Of a DNA stretch of 64,000 nucleotides, positions 40,091 to 53,500 are shown piece by piece (position 1 is the stretch's first letter; each line of letters opens with the position of its first letter). Origin of the DNA: the human T2T-CHM13v2.0 reference genome, Homo sapiens; the NCBI RefSeq assembly GCF_009914755.1, contig NC_060929.1, one strand, 5' to 3'. The translations under genes and the position numbers were made by a program. The notes beneath the pieces were generated by a model. It saw only the letters and a list, made by a program, of their open reading frames with translations, made no database searches and was not told where the DNA came from.

Positions 40091-42808
40091 CTTCGTTGGA
40101 AACGGGTTTTTTTCCTGTAAGGCTAGACAGAAGAATTCCCAGTAACTTCCTTGTGTTGTGTACATTCAACTCACAGAGTTGAACGTTCCCTTAGACAGAG
40201 CAGATTTGAAACACTCTTTTTGTGCAATTGGCAAGTGGAGATTTCAAGCGCTTTAAGGTCAATGGCAGAAAAGGAAATATCTTCGTTTCAAAACTAGACA
40301 GAATCATTCCCACAAACTGCGTTGTGATGTGTTCGTTCATCTCACAGAGTTTAACCTTTCTTTTCATAGAGCAGTTAGGAAACACTCTGTTTGTAAATTC
40401 TGTAAGTGGATATTCTGACATCTTGTGGCCTTCGTTGGAAACGGGATTTCTTCATATTCTGCTAGACAGAAGAATTCTCAGAATCTTCCTTGTGTTGTGT
40501 GTATTCAACTCACACAGTTGAACGATGGTTTACACAGAGCAGATTTGAAACACTCTTTTTGTGGAATTTGCAAGTGGAGATTTCAGCCGCTTTGAGGTCA
40601 ATGGTAGAAAAGGAAATATCTTCGTATAAAAACTAGACAGAATGATTCTCAGAAACTTCTTTGTGATGTGTGCGTTCAACTCACAGAGTTTAACCTTTCT
40701 TTTCATAGAGCAGTTAGGAAACACTCTGTTTGTAAACTCTGCAAGTGGATATTCAGACCTCTTTGAGGCCTTCGTTGGAAACGGGATTTCTTCATACTGT
40801 GCTAGACAGAAGAATTCTCAGTAACTTCCTTGTGTTGTGTGTATTCAACTCACAGAGTTGAACGATCCTTTACACAGAGCAGACTTGTAACACTCTTTTT
40901 GTGGAATTTGCAAGTGGAGATTTCAGCCGCGTTGAGGTCAATGGTAGAAAAGGAAATATCTTCGTATAAAAACTAGACAGAATGATTCTCAGAAACTCCT
41001 TTGAGATGTGTGTGTTCAACTCACAGAGTTTAACCTTTCTTTTCATAGAGCAGTTAGGAATCACTCTGTTTGTAAAGTCTGCAAGTGGATATTCAGACCT
41101 CTTTGAGGCCTTCGTTGGAAACGGGTTTTTTTCATATAAGGCTAGACAGAAGAATTCCCAGTAACTTCCTTGTGTTGTGTGTGTTCAACTCACAGAGTTG
41201 AACTTTCATTTACACAGAGCAGATTTGAAACACTCTTTTTGTGGAATTTGCAAATGGAGATTTCAAGCGCTTTGAGGCCAAAGGCAGAAAAGGAAATATC
41301 TTCGTATAAAAACTAGACAGAATCATTCTCAGAAACTGCTCTGCGATGTGTGCGTTCAACTCTCAGAGTTTAACTTTTCTTTTCATTCAGCAGTTTGGAA
41401 ACACTCTGTTTGTAAAGTCTGCACGTGGATATTTTGACCACTTAGAGGCCTTCGTTGGAAACGGGTTTTTTTCCTGTAAGGCTAGACAGAAGAATTCCCA
41501 GTAACTTCCTTGTGTTGTGTACATTCAACTCACAGAGTTGAACGTTCCCTTAGACAGAGCAGATTTGAAACACTCTTTTTGTGCAATTGGCAAGTGGAGA
41601 TTTCAAGCGCTTTAAGGTCAATGGCAGAAAAGGAAATATCTTCGTTTCAAAACTAGACAGAATCATTCCCACAAACTGCGTTGTGATGTGTTCGTTCATC
41701 TCACAGAGTTTAACCTTTCTTTTCATAGAGCAGTTAGGAAACACTCTGTTTGTAAATTCTGTAAGTGGATATTCTGACATCTTGTGGCCTTCGTTGGAAA
41801 CGGGATTTCTTCATATTCTGCTAGACAGAAGAATTCTCAGAATCTTCCTTGTGTTGTGTGTATTCAACTCACACAGTTGAACGATGGTTTACACAGAGCA
41901 GATTTGAAACACTCTTTTTGTGGAATTTGCAAGTGGAGATTTCAGCCGCTTTGAGGTCAATGGTAGAAAAGGAAATATCTTCGTATAAAAACTAGACAGA
42001 ATGATTCTCAGAAACTTCTTTGTGATGTGTGCGTTCAACTCACAGAGTTTAACCTTTCTTTTCATAGAGCAGTTAGGAAACACTCTGTTTGTAAACTCTG
42101 CAAGTGGATATTCAGACCTCTTTGAGGCCTTCGTTGGAAACGGGATTTCTTCATACTGTGCTAGACAGAAGAATTCTCAGTAACTTCCTTGTGTTGTGTG
42201 TATTCAACTCACAGAGTTGAACGATCCTTTACACAGAGCAGACTTGTAACACTCTTTTTGTGGAATTTGCAAGTGGAGATTTCAGCCGCGTTGAGGTCAA
42301 TGGTAGAAAAGGAAATATCTTCGTATAAAAACTAGACAGAATGATTCTCAGAAACTCCTTTGAGATGTGTGTGTTCAACTCACAGAGTTTAACCTTTCTT
42401 TTCATAGAGCAGTTAGGAATCACTCTGTTTGTAAAGTCTGCAAGTGGATATTCAGACCTCTTTGAGGCCTTCGTTGGAAACGGGTTTTTTTCATATAAGG
42501 CTAGACAGAAGAATTCCCAGTAACTTCCTTGTGTTGTGTGTGTTCAACTCACAGAGTTGAACTTTCATTTACACAGAGCAGATTTGAAACACTCTTTTTG
42601 TGGAATTTGCAAATGGAGATTTCAAGCGCTTTGAGGCCAAAGGCAGAAAAGGAAATATCTTCGTATAAAAACTAGACAGAATCATTCTCAGAAACTGCTC
42701 TGCGATGTGTGCGTTCAACTCTCAGAGTTTAACTTTTCTTTTCATTCAGCAGTTTGGAAACACTCTGTTTGTAAAGTCTGCACGTGGATATTTTGACCAC
42801 TTAGAGGC
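40091..42808 (+). repeat. HOR units 15-16, two 8-mers (40091-41449, 41450-42808)
   Basis: 1,359 bp each. Confidence 0.9.
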
Positions 42809-44845
42809 CTTCGTTGGAAACGGGTTTTTTTCCTGTAAGGCTAGACAGAAGAATTCCCAGTAACTTCCTTGTGTTGTGTACATTCAACTCACAGAGTTGA
42901 ACGTTCCCTTAGACAGAGCAGATTTGAAACACTCTTTTTGTGCAATTGGCAAGTGGAGATTTCAAGCGCTTTAAGGTCAATGGCAGAAAAGGAAATATCT
43001 TCGTTTCAAAACTAGACAGAATCATTCCCACAAACTGCGTTGTGATGTGTTCGTTCATCTCACAGAGTTTAACCTTTCTTTTCATAGAGCAGTTAGGAAA
43101 CACTCTGTTTGTAAATTCTGTAAGTGGATATTCTGACATCTTGTGGCCTTCGTTGGAAACGGGATTTCTTCATATTCTGCTAGACAGAAGAATTCTCAGA
43201 ATCTTCCTTGTGTTGTGTGTATTCAACTCACACAGTTGAACGATGGTTTACACAGAGCAGATTTGAAACACTCTTTTTGTGGAATTTGCAAGTGGAGATT
43301 TCAGCCGCTTTGAGGTCAATGGTAGAAAAGGAAATATCTTCGTATAAAAACTAGACAGAATGATTCTCAGAAACTTCTTTGTGATGTGTGCGTTCAACTC
43401 ACAGAGTTTAACCTTTCTTTTCATAGAGCAGTTAGGAAACACTCTGTTTGTAAACTCTGCAAGTGGATATTCAGACCTCTTTGAGGCCTTCGTTGGAAAC
43501 GGGATTTCTTCATACTGTGCTAGACAGAAGAATTCTCAGTAACTTCCTTGTGTTGTGTGTATTCAACTCACAGAGTTGAACGATCCTTTACACAGAGCAG
43601 ACTTGAAACACTCTTTTTGTGGAATTTGCAAGTGGAGATTTCAGCCGCGTTGAGGTCAATGGTAGAAAAGGAAATATCTTCGTATAAAAACTAGACAGAA
43701 TGATTCTCAGAAACTCCTTTGAGATGTGTGTGTTCAACTCACAGAGTTTAACCTTTCTTTTCATAGAGCAGTTAGGAATCACTCTGTTTGTAAAGTCTGC
43801 AAGTGGATATTCAGACCTCTTTGAGGCCTTCGTTGGAAACGGGTTTTTTTCATATAAGGCTAGACAGAAGAATTCCCAGTAACTTCCTTGTGTTGTGTGT
43901 GTTCAACTCACAGAGTTGAACTTTCATTTACACAGAGCAGATTTGAAACACTCTTTTTGTGGAATTTGCAAATGGAGATTTCAAGCGCTTTGAGGCCAAA
44001 GGCAGAAAAGGAAATATCTTCGTATAAAAACTAGACAGAATCATTCTCAGAAACTGCTCTGCGATGTGTGCGTTCAACTCTCAGAGTTTAACTTTGCTTT
44101 TCATTCAGCAGTTTGGAAACACTCTGTTTGTAAAGTCTGCACGTGGATAATTTGACCACTTAGAGGCCTTCGTTGGAAACGGGTTTTTTTCATGTAAGGC
44201 TAGACAGAAGAATTCTCAGTAACTTCCTTGTGTTGTGTGTATTCAACTCACAGAGTTGAACGATCCTTTACACAGAGCAGACTTGTAACACTCTTTTTGT
44301 GGAATTTGCAAGTGGAGATTTCAGCCGCTTTGAAGTCAAAGGTAGAAAAGGAAATATCTTTCTATAAAAACTAGACAATGATTCTCAGAAACTCCTTTGT
44401 GATGTGTGCGTTCAACTCACAGAGTTTAACCTTTCTTTTCATAGAGCAGTTAGGAAACACTCTGCTTGTAAAGTCTGCAAGTGGATATTCAGCCCTCTTT
44501 GAGGCCTTCGTTGGAAACGGGTTTTTTTCATATAAGGCTAGACAGAAGAATTCCCAGTAACTTCCTTGTGTTGTGTGTGTTCAACTCACAGAGTTGAACT
44601 TTGATTTACACAGAGCAGATTTGAAACACTCTTTTTGTGGAATTTGCAAGTGGAGATTTCAAGCGCTTTGAGGCCAAAGGCAGAAAAGGAAATATCTTCG
44701 TATAAAAACTAGACAGAATCATTCTCAGAAACTGCTCTGCGATGTGTGCGTTCAACTCTCAGAGTTTAACTTTTCTTTTCATTCAGCAGTTTGGAAACAC
44801 TCTGTTTGTAAAGTCTGCACGTGGATATTTTGACCACTTAGAGGC
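42809..44845 (+). repeat. HOR unit 17, 12-mer (A B C D1 E3* D4)
   Basis: 2,037 bp; carries the 2-bp E3 deletion at ~44377. Confidence 0.9.
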
Positions 44846-47563
44846 CTTCGTTGGAAACGGGTTTTTTTCCTGTAAGGCTAGACAGAAGAATTCCCAGTAA
44901 CTTCCTTGTGTTGTGTACATTCAACTCACAGAGTTGAACGTTCCCTTAGACAGAGCAGATTTGAAACACTCTTTTTGTGCAATTGGCAAGTGGAGATTTC
45001 AAGCGCTTTAAGGTCAATGGCAGAAAAGGAAATATCTTCGTTTCAAAACTAGACAGAATCATTCCCACAAACTGCGTTGTGATGTGTTCGTTCATCTCAC
45101 AGAGTTTAACCTTTCTTTTCATAGAGCAGTTAGGAAACACTCTGTTTGTAAATTCTGTAAGTGGATATTCTGACATCTTGTGGCCTTCGTTGGAAACGGG
45201 ATTTCTTCATATTCTGCTAGACAGAAGAATTCTCAGAATCTTCCTTGTGTTGTGTGTATTCAACTCACACAGTTGAACGATGGTTTACACAGAGCAGATT
45301 TGAAACACTCTTTTTGTGGAATTTGCAAGTGGAGATTTCAGCCGCTTTGAGGTCAATGGTAGAAAAGGAAATATCTTCGTATAAAAACTAGACAGAATGA
45401 TTCTCAGAAACTTCTTTGTGATGTGTGCGTTCAACTCACAGAGTTTAACCTTTCTTTTCATAGAGCAGTTAGGAAACACTCTGTTTGTAAACTCTGCAAG
45501 TGGATATTCAGACCTCTTTGAGGCCTTCGTTGGAAACGGGATTTCTTCATACTGTGCTAGACAGAAGAATTCTCAGTAACTTCCTTGTGTTGTGTGTATT
45601 CAACTCACAGAGTTGAACGATCCTTTACACAGAGCAGACTTGTAACACTCTTTTTGTGGAATTTGCAAGTGGAGATTTCAGCCGCGTTGAGGTCAATGGT
45701 AGAAAAGGAAATATCTTCGTATAAAAACTAGACAGAATGATTCTCAGAAACTCCTTTGAGATGTGTGTGTTCAACTCACAGAGTTTAACCTTTCTTTTCA
45801 TAGAGCAGTTAGGAATCACTCTGTTTGTAAAGTCTGCAAGTGGATATTCAGACCTCTTTGAGGCCTTCGTTGGAAACGGGTTTTTTTCATATAAGGCTAG
45901 ACAGAAGAATTCCCAGTAACTTCCTTGTGTTGTGTGTGTTCAACTCACAGAGTTGAACTTTCATTTACACAGAGCAGATTTGAAACACTCTTTTTGTGGA
46001 ATTTGCAAATGGAGATTTCAAGCGCTTTGAGGCCAAAGGCAGAAAAGGAAATATCTTCGTATAAAAACTAGACAGAATCATTCTCAGAAACTGCTCTGCG
46101 ATGTGTGCGTTCAACTCTCAGAGTTTAACTTTTCTTTTCATTCAGCAGTTTGGAAACACTCTGTTTGTAAAGTCTGCACGTGGATATTTTGACCACTTAG
46201 AGGCCTTCGTTGGAAACGGGTTTTTTTCCTGTAAGGCTAGACAGAAGAATTCCCAGTAACTTCCTTGTGTTGTGTACATTCAACTCACAGAGTTGAACGT
46301 TCCCTTAGACAGAGCAGATTTGAAACACTCTTTTTGTGCAATTGGCAAGTGGAGATTTCAAGCGCTTTAAGGTCAATGGCAGAAAAGGAAATATCTTCGT
46401 TTCAAAACTAGACAGAATCATTCCCACAAACTGCGTTGTGATGTGTTCGTTCATCTCACAGAGTTTAACCTTTCTTTTCATAGAGCAGTTAGGAAACACT
46501 CTGTTTGTAAATTCTGTAAGTGGATATTCTGACATCTTGTGGCCTTCGTTGGAAACGGGATTTCTTCATATTCTGCTAGACAGAAGAATTCTCAGAATCT
46601 TCCTTGTGTTGTGTGTATTCAACTCACACAGTTGAACGATGGTTTACACAGAGCAGATTTGAAACACTCTTTTTGTGGAATTTGCAAGTGGAGATTTCAG
46701 CCGCTTTGAGGTCAATGGTAGAAAAGGAAATATCTTCGTATAAAAACTAGACAGAATGATTCTCAGAAACTTCTTTGTGATGTGTGCGTTCAACTCACAG
46801 AGTTTAACCTTTCTTTTCATAGAGCAGTTAGGAAACACTCTGTTTGTAAACTCTGCAAGTGGATATTCAGACCTCTTTGAGGCCTTCGTTGGAAACGGGA
46901 TTTCTTCATACTGTGCTAGACAGAAGAATTCTCAGTAACTTCCTTGTGTTGTGTGTATTCAACTCACAGAGTTGAACGATCCTTTACACAGAGCAGACTT
47001 GTAACACTCTTTTTGTGGAATTTGCAAGTGGAGATTTCAGCCGCGTTGAGGTCAATGGTAGAAAAGGAAATATCTTCGTATAAAAACTAGACAGAATGAT
47101 TCTCAGAAACTCCTTTGAGATGTGTGTGTTCAACTCACAGAGTTTAACCTTTCTTTTCATAGAGCAGTTAGGAATCACTCTGTTTGTAAAGTCTGCAAGT
47201 GGATATTCAGACCTCTTTGAGGCCTTCGTTGGAAACGGGTTTTTTTCATATAAGGCTAGACAGAAGAATTCCCAGTAACTTCCTTGTGTTGTGTGTGTTC
47301 AACTCACAGAGTTGAACTTTCATTTACACAGAGCAGATTTGAAACACTCTTTTTGTGGAATTTGCAAATGGAGATTTCAAGCGCTTTGAGGCCAAAGGCA
47401 GAAAAGGAAATATCTTCGTATAAAAACTAGACAGAATCATTCTCAGAAACTGCTCTGCGATGTGTGCGTTCAACTCTCAGAGTTTAACTTTTCTTTTCAT
47501 TCAGCAGTTTGGAAACACTCTGTTTGTAAAGTCTGCACGTGGATATTTTGACCACTTAGAGGC
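44846..47563 (+). repeat. HOR units 18-19, two 8-mers (44846-46204, 46205-47563)
   Basis: 1,359 bp each. Confidence 0.9.
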
Positions 47564-50500
47564 CTTCGTTGGAAACGGGTTTTTTTCCTGTAAGGCTAGA
47601 CAGAAGAATTCCCAGTAACTTCCTTGTGTTGTGTACATTCAACTCACAGAGTTGAACGTTCCCTTAGACAGAGCAGATTTGAAACACTCTTTTTGTGCAA
47701 TTGGCAAGTGGAGATTTCAAGCGCTTTAAGGTCAATGGCAGAAAAGGAAATATCTTCGTTTCAAAACTAGACAGAATCATTCCCACAAACTGCGTTGTGA
47801 TGTGTTCGTTCATCTCACAGAGTTTAACCTTTCTTTTCATAGAGCAGTTAGGAAACACTCTGTTTGTAAATTCTGTAAGTGGATATTCTGACATCTTGTG
47901 GCCTTCGTTGGAAACGGGATTTCTTCATATTCTGCTAGACAGAAGAATTCTCAGAATCTTCCTTGTGTTGTGTGTATTCAACTCACACAGTTGAACGATG
48001 GTTTACACAGAGCAGATTTGAAACACTCTTTTTGTGGAATTTGCAAGTGGAGATTTCAGCCGCTTTGAGGTCAATGGTAGAAAAGGAAATATCTTCGTAT
48101 AAAAACTAGACAGAATGATTCTCAGAAACTTCTTTGTGATGTGTGCGTTCAACTCACAGAGTTTAACCTTTCTTTTCATAGAGCAGTTAGGAAACACTCT
48201 GTTTGTAAACTCTGCAAGTGGATATTCAGACCTCTTTGAGGCCTTCGTTGGAAACGGGATTTCTTCATACTGTGCTAGACAGAAGAATTCTCAGTAACTT
48301 CCTTGTGTTGTGTGTATTCAACTCACAGAGTTGAACGATCCTTTACACAGAGCAGACTTGAAACACTCTTTTTGTGGAATTTGCAAGTGGAGATTTCAGC
48401 CGCGTTGAGGTCAATGGTAGAAAAGGAAATATCTTCGTATAAAAACTAGACAGAATGATTCTCAGAAACTCCTTTGAGATGTGTGTGTTCAACTCACAGA
48501 GTTTAACCTTTCTTTTCATAGAGCAGTTAGGAATCACTCTGTTTGTAAAGTCTGCAAGTGGATATTCAGACCTCTTTGAGGCCTTCGTTGGAAACGGGTT
48601 TTTTTCATATAAGGCTAGACAGAAGAATTCCCAGTAACTTCCTTGTGTTGTGTGTGTTCAACTCACAGAGTTGAACTTTCATTTACACAGAGCAGATTTG
48701 AAACACTCTTTTTGTGGAATTTGCAAATGGAGATTTCAAGCGCTTTGAGGCCAAAGGCAGAAAAGGAAATATCTTCGTATAAAAACTAGACAGAATCATT
48801 CTCAGAAACTGCTCTGCGATGTGTGCGTTCAACTCTCAGAGTTTAACTTTGCTTTTCATTCAGCAGTTTGGAAACACTCTGTTTGTAAAGTCTGCACGTG
48901 GATAATTTGACCACTTAGAGGCCTTCGTTGGAAACGGGTTTTTTTCATGTAAGGCTAGACAGAAGAATTCTCAGTAACTTCCTTGTGTTGTGTGTATTCA
49001 ACTCACAGAGTTGAACGATCCTTTACACAGAGCAGACTTGTAACACTCTTTTTGTGGAATTTGCAAGTGGAGATTTCAGCCGCTTTGAAGTCAAAGGTAG
49101 AAAAGGAAATATCTTCCTATAAAAACTACACAGAATGATTCTCAGAAACTCCTTTGTGATGTGTGCGTTCAACTCACAGAGTTTAAACTTTCTTTTCATA
49201 GAGGAGTTAGGAAACACTCTGTTTGTAAAGTCTGCAAGTGGATATTCAGACCTCTTTGAGGCCTTCGTTGGAAACGGGTTTTTTTCATATAAGGCTAGAC
49301 AGAAGAATTCCCAGTAACTTCCTTGTGTTGTGTGTGTTCAACTCACAGAGTTGAACTTTCATTTACACAGAGCAGATTTGAAACACTCTTTTTGTGGAAT
49401 TTGCAAGTGGAGATTTCAAGCGCTTTGAGGCCAAAGGCAGAAAAGGAAATATCTTCGTATAAAAACTAGACAGAATCATTCTCAGAAACTGCTCTGTGAT
49501 GTGTGCGTTCAACTCTCAGAGTTTAACTTTTCTTTTCATTCAGCAGTTTGGAAACACTCTGTTTGTAAAGTCTGCACGTGGATAATTTGACCACTTAGAG
49601 GCCTTCGTTGGAAACGGGTTTTTTTCATGTAAGGCTAGACAGAAGAGTTCTCAGTAACTTCCTTGTGTTGTGTGTATTCAACTCACACAGTTGAACGATC
49701 CTTTACACAGAGCAGACTTGTAACACTCTTTTTGTGGAATTTGCAAGTGGAGATTTCAGCCGCTTTGAAGTCAAAGTAGAAAAGGAAATATCTTCCTATA
49801 AAAACTAGACAGAATGATTCTCAGAAACTCCTTTGTGATGTGTGCGTTCAACTCACAGAGTTTAACCTTTCTTTTCATAGAGCAGTTAGGAAACACTCTG
49901 TTTGTAAAGTCTGCAAGTGGATATTCAGACCTCTTTGAGGCCTTCGTTGGAAACGGGTTTTTTTCATATAAGGCTAGACAGAAGAATTCCCAGTAACTTC
50001 CTTGTGTTGTGTGTGTTCAACTCACAGAGTTGAACTTTCATTTACACAGAGCAGATTTGAAACACTCTTTTTGTGGAATTTGCAGGTGGAGATTTCAAGC
50101 GCTTTGAGGCCAAAGGCAGAAAAGGAAATATCTTCGTATAAAAACTAGACAGAATCATTCTCAGAAACTGCTCTGCGATGTGTGCGTTCAACTCTCAGAG
50201 TTTAACTTTTCTTTTCATTCAGCAGTTTGGAAACACTCTGTTTGTAAAGTCTGCACGTGGATAATTTGACCACTTAGAGGCCTTCGTTGGAAACGGGTTT
50301 TTTTCATGTAAGGCTAGACAGAAGAATTCTCAGTAACTTCCTTGTGTTGTGTGTATTCAACTCACAGAGTTGAACGATCCTTTACACAGAGCAGACTTGT
50401 AACACTCTTTTTGTGGAATTTGCAAGTGGAGATTTCAGCCGCTTTGAAGTCAAAGGTAGAAAAGGAAATATCTTCCTATAAAAACTAGACAGAATGATTC

Positions 50501-53500
50501 TCAGAAACTCCTTTGTGATGTGTGCGTTCAACTCACAGAGTTTAACCTTTCTTTTCATAGAGCAGTTAGGAAACACTCTGCTTGTAAAGTCTGCAAGTGG
50601 ATATTCAGCCCTCTTTGAGGCCTTCGTTGGAAACGGGTTTTTTTCATATAAGGCTAGACAGAAGAATTCCCAGTAACTTCCTTGTGTTGTGTGTGTTCAA
50701 CTCACAGAGTTGAACTTTGATTTACACAGAGCAGATTTGAAACACTCTTTTTGTGGAATTTGCAAGTGGAGATTTCAAGCGCTTTGAGGCCAAAGGCAGA
50801 AAAGGAAATATCTTCGTATAAAAACTAGACAGAATCATTCTCAGAAACTGCTCTGCGATGTGTGCGTTCAACTCTCAGAGTTTAACTTTTCTTTTCATTC
50901 AGCAGTTTGGAAACACTCTGTTTGTAAAGTCTGCACGTGGATATTTTGACCACTTAGAGGCCTTCGTTGGAAACGGGTTTTTTTCCTGTAAGGCTAGACA
51001 GAAGAATTCCCAGTAACTTCCTTGTGTTGTGTACATTCAACTCACAGAGTTGAACGTTCCCTTAGACAGAGCAGATTTGAAACACTCTTTTTGTGCAATT
51101 GGCAAGTGGAGATTTCAAGCGCTTTAAGGTCAATGGCAGAAAAGGAAATATCTTCGTTTCAAAACTAGACAGAATCATTCCCACAAACTGCGTTGTGATG
51201 TGTTCGTTCATCTCACAGAGTTTAACCTTTCTTTTCATAGAGCAGTTAGGAAACACTCTGTTTGTAAATTCTGTAAGTGGATATTCTGACATCTTGTGGC
51301 CTTCGTTGGAAACGGGATTTCTTCATATTCTGCTAGACAGAAGAATTCTCAGAATCTTCCTTGTGTTGTGTGTATTCAACTCACACAGTTGAACGATGGT
51401 TTACACAGAGCAGATTTGAAACACTCTTTTTGTGGAATTTGCAAGTGGAGATTTCAGCCGCTTTGAGGTCAATGGTAGAAAAGGAAATATCTTCGTATAA
51501 AAACTAGACAGAATGATTCTCAGAAACTTCTTTGTGATGTGTGCGTTCAACTCACAGAGTTTAACCTTTCTTTTCATAGAGCAGTTAGGAAACACTCTGT
51601 TTGTAAACTCTGCAAGTGGATATTCAGACCTCTTTGAGGCCTTCGTTGGAAACGGGATTTCTTCATACTGTGCTAGACAGAAGAATTCTCAGTAACTTCC
51701 TTGTGTTGTGTGTATTCAACTCACAGAGTTGAACGATCCTTTACACAGAGCAGACTTATAACACTCTTTTTGTGGAATTTGCAAGTGGAGATTTCAGCCG
51801 CGTTGAGGTCAATGGTAGAAAAGGAAATATCTTCGTATAAAAACTAGACAGAATGATTCTCAGAAACTCCTTTGAGATGTGTGTGTTCAACTCACAGAGT
51901 TTAACCTTTCTTTTCATAGAGCAGTTAGGAATCACTCTGTTTGTAAAGTCTGCAAGTGGATATTCAGACCTCTTTGAGGCCTTCGTTGGAAACGGGTTTT
52001 TTTCATATAAGGCTAGACAGAAGAATTCCCAGTAACTTCCTTGTGTTGTGTGTGTTCAACTCACAGAGTTGAACTTTCATTTACACAGAGCAGATTTGAA
52101 ACACTCTTTTTGTGGAATTTGCAAATGGAGATTTCAAGCGCTTTGAGGCCAAAGGCAGAAAAGGAAATATCTTCGTATAAAAACTAGACAGAATCATTCT
52201 CAGAAACTGCTCTGCGATGTGTGCGTTCAACTCTCAGAGTTTAACTTTTCTTTTCATTCAGCAGTTTGGAAACACTCTGTTTGTAAAGTCTGCACGTGGA
52301 TATTTTGACCACTTAGAGGCCTTCGTTGGAAACGGGTTTTTTTCCTGTAAGGCTAGACAGAAGAATTCCCAGTAACTTCCTTGTGTTGTGTACATTCAAC
52401 TCACAGAGTTGAACGTTCCCTTAGACAGAGCAGATTTGAAACACTCTTTTTGTGCAATTGGCAAGTGGAGATTTCAAGCGCTTTAAGGTCAATGGCAGAA
52501 AAGGAAATATCTTCGTTTCAAAACTAGACAGAATCATTCCCACAAACTGCGTTGTGATGTGTTCGTTCATCTCACAGAGTTTAACCTTTCTTTTCATAGA
52601 GCAGTTAGGAAACACTCTGTTTGTAAATTCTGTAAGTGGATATTCTGACATCTTGTGGCCTTCGTTGGAAACGGGATTTCTTCATATTCTGCTAGACAGA
52701 AGAATTCTCAGAATCTTCCTTGTGTTGTGTGTATTCAACTCACACAGTTGAACGATGGTTTACACAGAGCAGATTTGAAACACTCTTTTTGTGGAATTTG
52801 CAAGTGGAGATTTCAGCCGCTTTGAGGTCAATGGTAGAAAAGGAAATATCTTCGTATAAAAACTAGACAGAATGATTCTCAGAAACTTCTTTGTGATGTG
52901 TGCGTTCAACTCACAGAGTTTAACCTTTCTTTTCATAGAGCAGTTAGGAAACACTCTGTTTGTAAACTCTGCAAGTGGATATTCAGACCTCTTTGAGGCC
53001 TTCGTTGGAAACGGGATTTCTTCATACTGTGCTAGACAGAAGAATTCTCAGTAACTTCCTTGTGTTGTGTGTATTCAACTCACAGAGTTGAACGATCCTT
53101 TACACAGAGCAGACTTGAAACACTCTTTTTGTGGAATTTGCAAGTGGAGATTTCAGCCGCGTTGAGGTCAATGGTAGAAAAGGAAATATCTTCGTATAAA
53201 AACTAGACAGAATGATTCTCAGAAACTCCTTTGAGATGTGTGTGTTCAACTCACAGAGTTTAACCTTTCTTTTCATAGAGCAGTTAGGAATCACTCTGTT
53301 TGTAAAGTCTGCAAGTGGATATTCAGACCTCTTTGAGGCCTTCGTTGGAAACGGGTTTTTTTCATATAAGGCTAGACAGAAGAATTCCCAGTAACTTCCT
53401 TGTGTTGTGTGTGTTCAACTCACAGAGTTGAACTTTCATTTACACAGAGCAGATTTGAAACACTCTTTTTGTGGAATTTGCAAATGGAGATTTCAAGCGC

